Shown here in pieces: positions 28,968 to 40,699 of a stretch of 64,000 nt of DNA. A program made the position numbers and the translations under genes. Numbering within the stretch: the stretch's first letter is position 1; each line of letters opens with the position of its first letter. The notes below the pieces were generated by a model that saw only the letters and a list, made by a program, of their open reading frames with translations, ran no database searches and was not told the DNA's origin. The DNA comes from Candidatus Babeliales bacterium (GTDB lineage Bacteria > Babelota > Babeliae > Babelales > Vermiphilaceae), in NCBI GenBank assembly GCA_963743635.1, contig CAVUQO010000002.1:480001-544000 (forward strand), read 5' to 3'.

Positions 28968-29825
28968 ATGAAGAAATTAATAATAATAGCAGCTAGCCTA
29001 CTTTCGTTCAGTGCCATCTATTCGATGGATAAGGGTGAAAGTCCGGCCAAAAATACCTTTAGTACCTCCGACATGCGGGCATCCTTAGGAGAAATTGAAA
29101 TAAAGCCTGAGGCTAAACGATCTTATTATTACGAAGGAAATGAGGTCGATGAGTTTTCTCAGATAATAGAAAGAAAAGTTAAAGCAGCAGGTAGCTCATC
29201 CAGTTCGCAGGCTGATAAAGCGGTGGTTCCTTCTCAAACGGCACCAGTACTGCCATATCCACGCTGTTATTTTTCGAACGACATCAAAGCTGCATTTTTA
29301 AATTGCATTGCAAATGAGCAAAAAGGAATGCGTGGCGCCTGGTATCGATTTACTTTGTACGATGCGGCTTCGGCTATGGTTAAGGGCATGAAAGAAAGAA
29401 ATATGACCATTAAATTGGTGATAGATGAAAAGCACCTTACTGATGATTTTTGTTCTCCGCTGAGGCAGGTTATCAATAACGGAGGCACTGTGTTTAAGAT
29501 TACTCAGAAAGGATTTTCTCATAATCCAGGTAATTTTGAAATTATGCATCATAAGTTTATGATATTTCGTAAAAACGTGAATGATAAAAAACTTCTCTGG
29601 ACAGGCTCATGGAATGCAACTGGCCAGGCATCTTCAAAAAATTGGGAAGATGCTCTTATTATAGATGATTCGGAGACCATTGCGCGGTACGAAGAGAGAA
29701 TGACGGAACTTGAAAAGCATAGTGTTGCGATTCAATCTAACCAGTGTGTGAGTGGCAAAGATACCGATCCGAGTATTAATTTTGCCCGCCGCATGAACGG
29801 AATACCTCAACTCTCTCAGTACTAA
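28968..29825 (+). CDS. Phospholipase D-superfamily (single HKD, Nuc-like) protein, exported
   Basis: MHHKFMIF..LLWTGSWN.T..A...NWED; signal peptide IYS-M. Confidence 0.82.
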   Translation: MKKLIIIAASLLSFSAIYSMDKGESPAKNTFSTSDMRASLGEIEIKPEAKRSYYYEGNEVDEFSQIIERKVKAAGSSSSSQADKAVVPSQTAPVLPYPRCYFSNDIKAAFLNCIANEQKGMRGAWYRFTLYDAASAMVKGMKERNMTIKLVIDEKHLTDDFCSPLRQVINNGGTVFKITQKGFSHNPGNFEIMHHKFMIFRKNVNDKKLLWTGSWNATGQASSKNWEDALIIDDSETIARYEERMTELEKHSVAIQSNQCVSGKDTDPSINFARRMNGIPQLSQY

Positions 29826-29835
29826 TTTAATGTTA

Positions 29836-29874
29836 AAAAGCGGGCCACATGTTTTAAATATGTGGCTCGCTTTT
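29836..29874. terminator. Intrinsic terminator
   Basis: aaaagcgggccacat..atgtggctcgctttt. Confidence 0.75.
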
Positions 29875-29971
29875 CATTTTCTAGCCGTTTTTTTCGTTAT
29901 TAGGTACGCTTATAATAAGTCTATTTTGGTATACATCTCATATGCATTCTACGCAATAACGAGGAATATTT

Positions 29972-31722
29972 ATGTTTAAGAAACTATCGATCGTAAGTTT
30001 AATCAGTACATTGCTGGTGGCGGATTCCTTGCATGCAGCGGAAACAGCTCCGCTTAGCATACCTGAAGGCGTACTCACGAGTGCAGGCATACCTGCAGCG
30101 TTTGTAGCTCATTTTGCGCTCTTTATTTCATGCGTGCTCTTATGGACATTGCTGTGTGGCGCCGTATTGAAATATTGTTTTCGGCTACCCATCATAGCAG
30201 GACAAATTATGGGTGGCATTCTGCTTGGGCCATCTCTCATTAATATACGTTCATATACTATTTTTAGTGAACCACTTGAATTTGTGGATGTGGCGACTGC
30301 GCAGGTATATTCTCTGATGTCCTTCGATTTATTTGTGTTCACGCTTATTTTAATTTCTTCGACGCTCACCGTTTCTTATTTGCTCTGGATTGCGGGACAT
30401 GAAACGGATGTGCACGATTTGGTGAAAGTAGGGTTAACGGCAACAACGGCCGGTATTTTGGGTGCATTGCTGCCCATTGGTATGACCGTGCTGGTTATGT
30501 ATATGCTCTTAAGTTTCGGATATAGTTTTGTGCAAGCCGTTGGACTGGGATTGATTTTAGCAGCGACGAGTGTATCCATTCCCGTTGCGATGCTAGTTTC
30601 GCAAAAAAAGATGCATTTAAAAAGTTCAAAAGCAACGCTGGGTGCGGCGATTATAGATGATGTGTTTGCAGTTATTTTGCTTTCACTCTTTTTCATCCTG
30701 GTACAACAAGAATCGCTTGGCGTTGGTACGCGCGTTAGAAGCAGCGCCGCATCATGGTGGATCACTGCTGGTATCACTTTCATATATGCTTTTTGCGGGC
30801 ATTATTATATTTTTGACCGGTTATTTTGTAATTCCACGATTATTGCTCTGGTTAGAAAAACATCAATATTCATATCTCATTGCCTCGGTGGCGAGTGGCA
30901 TGATGCTGCTGTATTTTGCATTTGCCGAACTCGTTGGCGGCCTTGCCGGTATTACAGGCGCCTATTTTATTGGTCTCTTTCATAGAATGGGCGATGCTGA
31001 GCATAATGCGGAAAAAACTATTTCTCCGTATGTGAATACCTTTTTATTACCGCTGTTTCTGGCTTCAATTGGTTTGCAGATTGATATGCATGTCCTAGCC
31101 CTTCATGAATGGCTTGTCGTTGGATTGCTTCTGGTGATCGCAATCGTTTCAAAGCTGATTGGCTGTTGGATAGCGACGAGTATCAGCAATCTTGTTGCGG
31201 GCAACGATGCTGCACAGCATTGGACGCTCTTGGAAACCTATATTTTCGGCTCATCAATGGTTGCGCGGGGTGAGGTAGGCTTGGTGGTCAGTACTATTTT
31301 ACGGGGTACTGGGCTGATTACGAGCCCGCAGTATACGATTGCCGTTGTGGTCATCGTTTTGACCACGATCGCAACGCCAATCATGCTTGCTATTGGTTTT
31401 TCAATCGAGGATACGCTGTCCGGCATCTCCAGGTGCCGAACCTGAGATGTATCGTAAAAATATTGGGCGCTTTAGCCACATAGGTACTGCCCAGATGTTT
31501 GATATTATCATCGGGGTTCTAGAACAGTCAGAAGCCTATAAAACTACCATACAGCTTTCAGAAGGCTGTCGGATAGTCACCATTGATGGATACCAGGTTA
31601 AAATCATCATGTGCCCTGATGAAGGGGATCATCGTTGAAGGCAATTCGGCCCAGGTTCACCGCATAATGGCCACCGTCCAAAAGGCCATTAATGAGGATG
31701 CGGGACGGCTTTCTAAGGTTTA
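29972..31722 (+). CDS. Cation:proton antiporter (CPA2/NapA family), split by frameshifts; 3' end approximate
   Basis: GILLGPS, AATSVSI, GAAIIDDV, PLFLASIGL, MVARGEVGL spread over consecutive overlapping frames. Confidence 0.82.
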
Positions 31723-31839
31723 AAAGGCCCTTTTAGGGTGTTTGTCCTTTACAAAGGGCGTGGTTTTAGGGATAATAAGATAAGGATTTATCCCGTTTTT
31801 AGAAGTTATTATCAGCTGATTGATCGAAGGTTTATTATT

Positions 31840-32049
31840 ATGAAAAAAGATATCCATCCAGAGTTGCACGAAATAAACGCGCAATGTACCTGCGGACATG
31901 TGATTCCAACAGAATCAACACGTTCTGAAATTAAGGTAACTCTCTGTTCAAACTGTCACCCATTCTATACTGGCGAACAACGCTATGTTGATACTGCTGG
32001 TCGTATTGAGAAGTTTGAACGCAAATACAAAAACTTTAAAAAGTCCTAG
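31840..32049 (+). CDS. rpmE: 50S ribosomal protein L31 (zinc-binding type)
   Basis: [31 protein letters not shown]. Confidence 0.97.
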   Translation: MKKDIHPELHEINAQCTCGHVIPTESTRSEIKVTLCSNCHPFYTGEQRYVDTAGRIEKFERKYKNFKKS

Positions 32050-32063
32050 ATTTCGGGCGATTT

Positions 32064-33143
32064 ATGGATACCGCTACACTGTGGGAAACCATACAGCGTC
32101 GTCACGATGAAATTGCGCATCAATTATCTGATGTCAGCATTGATCAGGATAAACGTCCCAAACTTCAGAAGAATTTTTCTATTTTGACTGACTTGCTTGC
32201 AAAGCGACGTGAGATTTTGGATCTTGAACGCAAAGTTCAGGAAACGCACGCTGAAGCTGCTGCAAATGCAGATCATGAAATGAAGGAATTATTCGAGCAA
32301 GAGGCCGTCGATTTAGCGGCTCGTGTTAAGCTCAAAGAGCGAGAACTTGATGAACTCATGTATCCGCCTGATGAGCATGACAATCGATCAGTGTTTCTTG
32401 AAATTCGAGCTGGTGCGGGAGGAAAAGAGGCAGCGTTATTCGTGGCCGATTTACTCAAGATGTATACTAACTATGCACAGAGAAAACACTGGCGCGTAGA
32501 GGTAGATAGCTCAAGTGATACTGATCTTGGTGGCTTTAAAGAAGTGGTTCTGCACATTGAAGGCAAAGATGCATACGGACATTTAAAACGTGAATCTGGC
32601 GTGCATCGCGTGCAGCGAGTTCCCGCAACTGAAGCTGCAGGCCGTATTCATACCTCAACCGTAACGGTTGCAGTGCTGCCTGAAGCAAAAGAAGTTGACG
32701 TTCAAATCAATCCTGCCGATCTTCGTATTGACGTTTACCGTTCCAGTGGTGCGGGTGGTCAACACGTAAACACTACCGACTCAGCAGTGCGCATAACTCA
32801 CGTTCCTACGGGAGTAGTGGTCGCCTGCCAAGACGAACGTTCTCAACACAAAAATAAAGCGAAAGCTATGAAGATTTTGCAGTCCCGTATTTTGGCGGCT
32901 CAAGTCGAAAAGCAGGCAGCTGAAATGAGTAAAGAACGTAAACAGCTTGTTGGTACTGGTATGCGTGCTGAAAAGGTACGCACTTATAATTATCCTCAAA
33001 ATCGGGTGAGTGATCATCAGGTTGAAGTTACTCTCAAAAGACTTGAACAAGTTATGGAGGGTGACCTTGAGGAAATTATTCAAGCACTTCGTGATCAAGA
33101 ACGTCAATCGCGTCGCTCTATAGTTGATTCGATTATTAAGTAG
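32064..33143 (+). CDS. prfA: Peptide chain release factor 1
   Basis: VQRVPATE (PxT), [21 protein letters not shown]; follows rpmE. Confidence 0.96.
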   Translation: MDTATLWETIQRRHDEIAHQLSDVSIDQDKRPKLQKNFSILTDLLAKRREILDLERKVQETHAEAAANADHEMKELFEQEAVDLAARVKLKERELDELMYPPDEHDNRSVFLEIRAGAGGKEAALFVADLLKMYTNYAQRKHWRVEVDSSSDTDLGGFKEVVLHIEGKDAYGHLKRESGVHRVQRVPATEAAGRIHTSTVTVAVLPEAKEVDVQINPADLRIDVYRSSGAGGQHVNTTDSAVRITHVPTGVVVACQDERSQHKNKAKAMKILQSRILAAQVEKQAAEMSKERKQLVGTGMRAEKVRTYNYPQNRVSDHQVEVTLKRLEQVMEGDLEEIIQALRDQERQSRRSIVDSIIK

Positions 33144-33168
33144 TGCTTATTTTATATGATATAAAAAC

Positions 33169-33203
33169 AAAATGCGTCTTCTTAAAACAGGACGCATTTT
33201 TTT
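33169..33203 (+). terminator. Terminator of rpmE-prfA
   Basis: aaaatgcgtct..ggacgcattttttt. Confidence 0.7.
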
Positions 33204-33495
33204 ATGTTCGTTTGATTGTAGAATCTTCTTGCGCCAAACTAGATAATTCTTCATCATAAAATTGCCATTCAAATATTCACTCCTTTGCGGTCGCTCAGGA
33301 CAATCGGAGCGTAGGCCCCAAGCATGAGTAAACCGTATAAATTTTACAACGCGCCCTCCTAAAAAAGGGCGCGTTTGTGTTATTTGTGTTGCCCATATTT
33401 TGGCCTCAGTGTAAGATACCGGTAGCGTGATATTATAAATCAGGTATCATTAACTGTTATTTAAAATATTATTCAATCGTGCGTAGGATCTTAGT

Positions 33496-35222
33496 ATGAC
33501 GAAATTTGTAGTGGTAGCTGGAGGAGTTATTTCTGGTGTTGGTAAGGGGGTAACAACTGCATCATTAGGAAAGATTCTCAAGGAACATGGCTATAAAACA
33601 ACACTGATCAAAATTGATCCCTACATCAATTATGATGCGGGCACCTTGCGTCCAACCGAGCATGGTGAAGTGTGGGTAACTGCTGATGGCGGTGAAATAG
33701 ATCAAGATTTGGGTACCTATGAACGATTCATAGATGAAGATATTCCCCGTCGCAACAATATTACTACCGGCCAAGTATATAAGGCTGTGATTGATCGCGA
33801 ACGTCGAGGCGAATATTTGGGGCAGACGGTTCAATTTATTCCGCACATTCCAGATGAAATTATTGCGCGCATTAAAGAAGCATCAGAAGGCTATGAGATT
33901 GCGATTATTGAAATTGGGGGAACGGTTGGGGATTATGAAAATACGCCATTCTTAGTGGCGTTAAAGACCCTTGAGCGGGATATTGGTTCAGATAATGTGG
34001 TCTACATGCTGGTCAGTTATTTGCCGAGTACCAAAACATATATATGAAATGAAAACAAAGCCGACGCAACAATCGATTCGATTACTCAATGAAGCGGGCA
34101 TTTTCCCTGATTTTATTTTGTGTCGCGCAGCAACAGTACTCGATGATGTACGTCGTAAAAAGATTGAAACGTATGCAAATATTTCTGCAGATCATGTGAT
34201 TTCAGCGCCTGATATTACGACCGTCTATCAAATTCCTCTCAATTTTGAACGCGAAGAGTTGGGCAAGAAAGTGTTAACGCACTTTGGCCTTGCGTCTCGC
34301 AAGCAGCCTGATTGGCAACGATGGAGCAATCTCGTTGATGCCATTTTAAAACCAAAAGAAAAACGACGCATTGCGATTGTTGGTAAATATTTTGCAACCG
34401 GCGATTATAGTCTTACCGACAGTTACGTGAGCATTTATCAAGCATTAGTGCATGCGGGTGCAGCGCTTGACGTAGGCGTTTCAATTACTTGGATCGATGC
34501 GCAGCAGCTTGAGAATAATCCAGAAAGCGTTGTACGCTTGAGCAATTTTGATGGGGTTATTATTCCTGGTGGCTTTGGAGAAACGGGCGTAGAAGGAAAA
34601 TTAAAAGCGATTCAATATGTGCGTGAACAGCGATATTCCCTATCTCGGATTGTGTTATGGATTACAGCTTGCAGTCGTTGAATATGCGCGCAATAAATGC
34701 GGCATGAAGCAAGCGCATACTACTGAAGTTGATGCGCATACGCCATATCCGGTGATTGACGTGCTGCCATTGCAAAAAGAACTGCTTGAGAAAAAGGCAT
34801 ATGGTGGAACCATGCGATTGGGCAACTATAATGCAGCATTGCGTGCCGACACGAAGGTGTACCAGCTCTATGACGAGGCGAAGTGGGTCGATGCGCAAGG
34901 GCGTGTTACTGAACGGCATCGCCATCGCTATGAAGTAAATCCGCAATACGTTGATCTCTTGGAAAAACAAGGTCTTTGTTTCTCCGGGTATCATCTGCGG
35001 GATGATGGCACGAAATTGATGGAATATCTCGAGCTTAAAAATCATCCATTCTTCGTGGCAACGCAGGCGCATCCTGAATTCAGAAGTCGATTGGGCAATC
35101 CTAATCCACTTTTTCTTGGATTCGTACGTGCATGCTTGAATCGCAAACAATCACATTTATTTGTTCCATCGACGATGTTGCAATCGTATGATGACTTTAC
35201 CCGAGAACATCCAGTCGTATAA
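33496..35222 (+). CDS. pyrG: CTP synthase, in three frames (two frameshifts)
   Basis: [54 protein letters not shown]. Confidence 0.95.
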
Positions 35223-35237
35223 ATACAATAGTAAAAC

Positions 35238-35277
35238 AAAAAGGCGCACGGTATTTCAAAACACCGTGCGCCTTTTT
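35238..35277. terminator. Bidirectional terminator
   Basis: aaaaaggcgcacggt..accgtgcgccttttt. Confidence 0.82.
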
Positions 35278-35291
35278 ATTTGATCAAAGTA

Positions 35292-35714
35292 TTATATCAA
35301 ATCTACATATCGTTTGAGCCATTCAGGTGTGTTGGATGCCGCGTGTATTTGTTCACGTGTCATCCAATAATATTCGGGCACTTCACGCGGAGATGGGACG
35401 ACATTGATGACGGTTTTATCGAGTTTACAGTAAAAAACTGAATGTATGACCTGTGTGCCATCTGCTATAGTAAAATAGCTGCTCGTAACATAGATGAGGG
35501 GATCCTCTAAGATCAAGCCAACTTCTTCAAAGATTTCTCTTTTTACTGCACTACGCAAAACATCGTAGTGATCTGTTTCTTGTTGCCCTTCAACAGTACC
35601 GCCGGGAAATGCTAAAAGTCCAGCGGCGTGTTTTCCTTCAGGTCTTTTGATAATCAATAACTTGCCTTCATGTTCGATGGCACATTCGGTCGTGACCATA
35701 TAGGCTTGGGTCAT
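35292..35714 (-). CDS. NUDIX hydrolase
   Basis: FPGGTVE...AVKREIFEEVG. Confidence 0.85.
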   Translation of the reverse strand: MTQAYMVTTECAIEHEGKLLIIKRPEGKHAAGLLAFPGGTVEGQQETDHYDVLRSAVKREIFEEVGLILEDPLIYVTSSYFTIADGTQVIHSVFYCKLDKTVINVVPSPREVPEYYWMTREQIHAASNTPEWLKRYVDLI

Positions 35715-35767
35715 TTTAGATTCCTATTATGTATTTGGTTTATGTGTAATTATGGTGTGTGTATAGC

Positions 35768-35799
35768 AAAAAAAGGGACTTCCGAAGAAGTCCCTTTTT
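35768..35799. terminator. Intrinsic terminator
   Basis: aaaaaaagggacttc-cgaa-gaagtcccttttt. Confidence 0.82.
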
Positions 35800-35820
35800 A
35801 CAATTGTTATTGCGGGTGAT

Positions 35821-36396
35821 TTACTTAGCTTTAGCTGCTGCTGCTTTTACTGCTACTTCAATAAGCTTATCTGTATCCCAGGTTTCTCCGAACTTTTTCC
35901 ACGTTTCGTAATTAGTATTCCAAAGTACATATGTTGCAGCAAAGGCGCCTAAGCATCCAAATGTTTGGGTGAGAGGTTTCGCCATTTGTGAGCACCAACC
36001 GCCAAGACCGCGTGCTTCAACTTTTTCTTTGTAAACTACCAGTTCTAAACCAGAACCATCATCTCTTGCTCCAACACCGATTGAACCTTTTTTCTCACCG
36101 TGGCCGATAACGCCATCATCATAAATGTTTATGAAATTTGAACAGATGTATGAAATGTCTAAATTTTTAATTTTTTCGATATCGTAACGATTTGGTTTGT
36201 TGTCAGGATTACGAGAGAAGAATCGGAATAATGATGCAAATAATGCAGCAGCGGCAGTGCCTTTTAGTGCGGGTACTACGTGCGATGTGATAACTGATGC
36301 ACCGGCATTAGATGCCGCCATAGCGCGTGCAGGCATTGCGGGAACAAGCAAGCATGATGCAATGATAAGACCTTTTAATGATGTTGACGTTTTCAT
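35821..36396 (-). CDS. Hypothetical exported/membrane protein
   Basis: AGGAG RBS, signal ending ARA-M, own terminator. Confidence 0.7.
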   Translation of the reverse strand: MKTSTSLKGLIIASCLLVPAMPARAMAASNAGASVITSHVVPALKGTAAAALFASLFRFFSRNPDNKPNRYDIEKIKNLDISYICSNFINIYDDGVIGHGEKKGSIGVGARDDGSGLELVVYKEKVEARGLGGWCSQMAKPLTQTFGCLGAFAATYVLWNTNYETWKKFGETWDTDKLIEVAVKAAAAKAK

Positions 36397-36619
36397 TCCA
36401 ATCTCCTGGAAAAGAAAGAGTGTGTAATATAATTCATAGTTAATTGCTCAGCATTTTTTTACTGATTTTTGTGAACAGAATATTCATTTTTCAGTATATA
36501 TTTTTTGCGATAATACACTAATAAATAACATTAAAGTTATACCGGCAATTCTTTTTTATGTCAAACATAAAGCATCGGGTAATGCGTGATTGTTCAGGTT
36601 TGCTCGTTGCCTTGCGCGT

Positions 36620-36650
36620 AAAAAAAAGCGGCGTTTTTTAGACGCCGCTT
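36620..36650 (-). terminator. Terminator of brnQ
   Basis: aaaaaaaagcggcgt..acgccgctt. Confidence 0.75.
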
Positions 36651-36674
36651 GCTTATCATTTTAAAGTGTAGTTT

Positions 36675-37889
36675 TTACATGCCAATAAAAGGATTGTGAT
36701 AATATAAGTAGCATATCAAGGTAGCGACGAACGTTACAAATACGGGCGCTTTTACTGGTTTAAAATTGAATAATTTATAGGCAATATTGCAAAAGGTGAG
36801 CGCAATAAGTACGGGATAGCCGATGTAGCAAATAGGTCCACTAGTTAAGGTTAATACACTTTTAAGCCCTGCGGTTGAAAGTGGCACGCATGAAACCAAG
36901 GCGATGATCAATGCTGGAATGTATCCGATGGTATTTTTGCATAATTCATACTGGATGTATTCGGCGATGACGGCAGCGAGCGCGATTGCGGTTGAAAGGC
37001 ATGCCATCAAAACTGCGGTTGCAATAATGAGAGCGCCTTTATCGCCAAGAACTCTGAATGATACAATGCTAAAAAGTTCACCGCTATTGATATTGATAAT
37101 GCCTTGGCCATAATACACGCCAAGGAAACTCATACCAACATATACAATCGCAAGAAGTCCTACACCGAGCATGCCGGCTTTTAAACTCATGACGGCAAGT
37201 CCACGTTGATCATTTGCAGCCTCTTTGCCGGCAGTTTTGCGTAAAATAGTCAGTATGATTGATGAGAAGAAAATCGCGCCCAATAAATCGAGCGTTTCAT
37301 ACCCGATAGTAAGGCTATTGAATATAATATCGCTGATTGGGGTGGAATTAGAAATAGCTACGGTCGTATTCCAATAATATCCAGCACCAATAATGATGGC
37401 GAGGGCGCCAAGCAAGAGTGGGCTGATGATGTTGCCAAGTACGTCAACAATATTGTTTTCGCGGAAGGTAAGTAAAAAGGTAATGCCAAGAAAAATGAGG
37501 CAAAACACAAATGATGATGCAAGTGTGATGTCGTGCAAAAAGGGAATTGGTATGAATGGCGCGATCATGGTGTGCGAGAGGGTAACAATACGCGGTATCG
37601 CAATTAATGGCCCAATGATAAGCATAGAGATGCAAATCATGATAGAGCCAGCGCTTGAGCCAAGTCTATTGAAGAAGGATTTGTAATCGCCATTAAAAAG
37701 AATCATAGCAAAAAGGCCGAACACAGGAAGGCACGCTGCGGTAGTGAGGAATCCAAGAAGGCCCCATATTACCTGATTACCACTTTCCATGCCGATTTTG
37801 AGTGGGTACATTAAGTTTCCAGCACCAAAAAACATTGAAAAGATCGCAAGACCCGTGGTTACAATGTGTGATTGTAAGAATTTTTTCAT
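36675..37889 (-). CDS. brnQ: Branched-chain amino acid:cation symporter (LIVCS)
   Basis: FSMFFGAGNL.YP, IGPL.AIPR, GYETLDLLGAIFF, ACLSTAI. Confidence 0.93.
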   Translation of the reverse strand: MKKFLQSHIVTTGLAIFSMFFGAGNLMYPLKIGMESGNQVIWGLLGFLTTAACLPVFGLFAMILFNGDYKSFFNRLGSSAGSIMICISMLIIGPLIAIPRIVTLSHTMIAPFIPIPFLHDITLASSFVFCLIFLGITFLLTFRENNIVDVLGNIISPLLLGALAIIIGAGYYWNTTVAISNSTPISDIIFNSLTIGYETLDLLGAIFFSSIILTILRKTAGKEAANDQRGLAVMSLKAGMLGVGLLAIVYVGMSFLGVYYGQGIININSGELFSIVSFRVLGDKGALIIATAVLMACLSTAIALAAVIAEYIQYELCKNTIGYIPALIIALVSCVPLSTAGLKSVLTLTSGPICYIGYPVLIALTFCNIAYKLFNFKPVKAPVFVTFVATLICYLYYHNPFIGM

Positions 37890-37938
37890 GAATAGTCCTT
37901 AAAAAAAGAGAACAATAGGTTTCGTTATGGTTTGTTTT

Positions 37939-38040
37939 TTAACTAATTATTATGCGCGAGACTGCGCCCATAATGGAGAGGCGGGCGGCAAGAGATAGTT
38001 GGACGATATTATATCTACAAAATACATTATTTTTATGCAT
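37939..38040 (-). promoter_or_regulatory. Candidate Ile/Leu/Val-rich leader peptide upstream of brnQ
   Basis: Hand translation MHKNNVFCRYNIVQLSLAARLSIMGAVSRIIIS*, 11 of 33 residues branched-chain. Confidence 0.45.
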
Positions 38041-38255
38041 ACAATTGGGACTCAAGGCATTATAATTATACCTCATTGAGTATTCCTTTATGGGTAGTTA
38101 AACAGTTAGATATATACTAAAGTATTGTCCATACTGTGTTTCAGTATAGGCATTTTGGCATTATTTAGCAACTCGGGGCCTGGTTGGATAAACTCTTGCT
38201 GCGTGAAATATGGATTTGTATGCTGGGTAACCAGTTCAATTTTAATAGGTATGAT

Positions 38256-40674
38256 ATGAAATATATTCGTTTTTTTGATGAGTTGCGCTTGAAAGATGTC
38301 CCTTCAGTGGGAGGAAAAAATGCCTCTTTAGGTCAAATGATTGCCGATTTGGGATCGCAAGGGATTGATATACCTTTTGGCTTTGCGATTACCACAGAGG
38401 GGTATTGGCATTACTTAAATGAAAATAAGCTCGTTGAGCCGATCAAAAAAGTTATGGCTGAGCTGACTGATTATCATCAGGTAGCGGTCTTGCAGCGGGT
38501 GGGGTCAACGATACGCGATCTCATTGTCCGCGGTACCATGCCGGATGATTTAAGGCAGGAGATTACTACGGCCTATGATCAGCTAGCAAAAAAATATCAC
38601 CTGGATCAGAAGACATTGGACGTTGCCGTTCGTTCTTCAGCCACCGCCGAAGATTTACCAACCGCATCATTTGCAGGACAGCAAGATACCTATTTAAACG
38701 TTCGTGGCCATGAAGAGCTCATTGAGGCGTGCAAAAAATGTATTGCCTCACTATTTACCGATCGCGCAATTGCGTATCGCATTGAGCAAAAATTTGATCA
38801 TTTCAAGGTGGCTCTTTCAATTGGGATCCAAAAAATGATCCGCTCAGATTTAGCAAGCTCAGGGGTTGCATTCTCACTTGATACTGAATCTGGTTTTAAA
38901 GACGTTGTCATGATCGATTCTTCCTATGGCCTTGGCGAAAGTATCGTGAAGGGGCTGGTGATTCCCGATGAGTTCGTGGTGCATACGCCGACTTTACTGA
39001 AAGGCTATCGATCGATCATCAGAAAAAATTTGGGCGAAAAAAGTACCAAAATGATCTATGCAGATCATGGAGAAATCAAAGCAGTGCCAGTTTCGGCAGA
39101 TCAATCGGGCAAATTTTCATTAACTGATGATGAGATTTTAATCCTTGCGCGTGCCGTTACGGTTATCGCAGATGCATTATGCAACCCTCAAAGGATCATG
39201 GTGCCCCATGGACGTTGAGTGGGCTAAAGATGGCAATGATAACAAAATATATATTGTTCAGGCGCGTCCTGAAACGGTTCATGCAACTGAAGATAATGAA
39301 AATAGTATTACCGAATATATAATCGCCGATGAAGCGCGTAAAAAGTTGGCAGACAGTACATTATTACGGGGCAAAGCATTGGCAATCAGATTGTGACTGG
39401 TACGGTGCGCATAATTCAAGATGCTCATGACATTAATCAGATGCAAAAGGGTGACATTTTAGTGACCGATATGACCGATCCGGATTGGGTGCCCATTATG
39501 AAGCGTGCTGCGGGCATTATCACTAATCGCGGTGGAAGGACTTGCCATGCGGCGATTGTGAGCCGTGAGTTGCGCGTTCCGGCGGTTATTGGTACCGGTA
39601 ATGCAACGACGAACTTTTAAAATCAGGAATGGTCGTAACAATCGATTGTAGTCGTGGTGGTACAGGCTACATTTACAGTGGTGATGTGCCATTCGAGAAA
39701 AAAGTAATCAAGCTCAATACATTGCCCCATATTCCCGTTAAGCTAATGGTGAACATGGCTGATCCTGAAACCGCATTTCATGCATCAAAAATTGCCCGTT
39801 GATGGCGTTGGTCTTGCCCGCATGGAATTCATTATTAGGCAATGAGATCAAAATTCATCCTATGGCATTATTGCATCAAGAGCGAGTGACTGATGATGCA
39901 GTGCGTGCGCAAATTGCGCATATCACGCGTGCTTATGAAGACAAAAAGTCATTTTTTGTGGATCAATTAGCATATGGTATTGGCACGATTGTGGCTGCCT
40001 TTTATCCGCGTCCTGTATTAGTGCGTACCTCTGATTTTAAAACGAACGAATATCGTAATTTGATTGGTGGCACTTATTTTGAGCCGATAGAAGAAAATCC
40101 GATGATCGGATTCCGTGGCGCATCACGTTATTATAACGAACGTTATAAAGAGGCATTTGCACTTGAATGTGCAGCACTTAAAAAAGTGTACTATGAAATG
40201 GGGCTTTCAAACTGCAGATCATGCTGCCATTTGTCCGTACCGTTGATGAAGCGCAAAAAGTGTGTGCCGAAATGGCGCAGCATGGGTCTTGAGCGGGGCA
40301 AAGATGAGCTGAAAATGGTAATGATGTGCGAGATTCCGTCAAACGTATATGCTCATTGAAGAGTTTAGTCAGTATTTTGATGGCTTTTCAATTGGGTCAA
40401 ATGATTTAACGCAATTAACACTCGGCGTTGATCGTGATTCAGCATTATTGAGTGCAATGTTTGATGAGCGTGATCCTGCAGTTAAAAAGATGATGGCATT
40501 GGCGATTGAAGGAGCTCGTCGTAATAATCGTACGATCGGTATTTGCGGTCAAGCTCCCTCTGATTATCCTGAGATTGCGCAGTTTGTAATACAAATGCGG
40601 CATCAATTCAATATCGTTAAATACTGATTCAGTGATTATCATTTTTGATGCGTTTTGCTCAGAAGCAACAATGA
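38256..40674 (+). CDS. ppsA: Phosphoenolpyruvate synthase, multiply frameshifted
   Basis: [81 protein letters not shown]. Confidence 0.95.
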
Positions 40675-40699
40675 TCCTAGTAAAACAATGATAGTGCGT

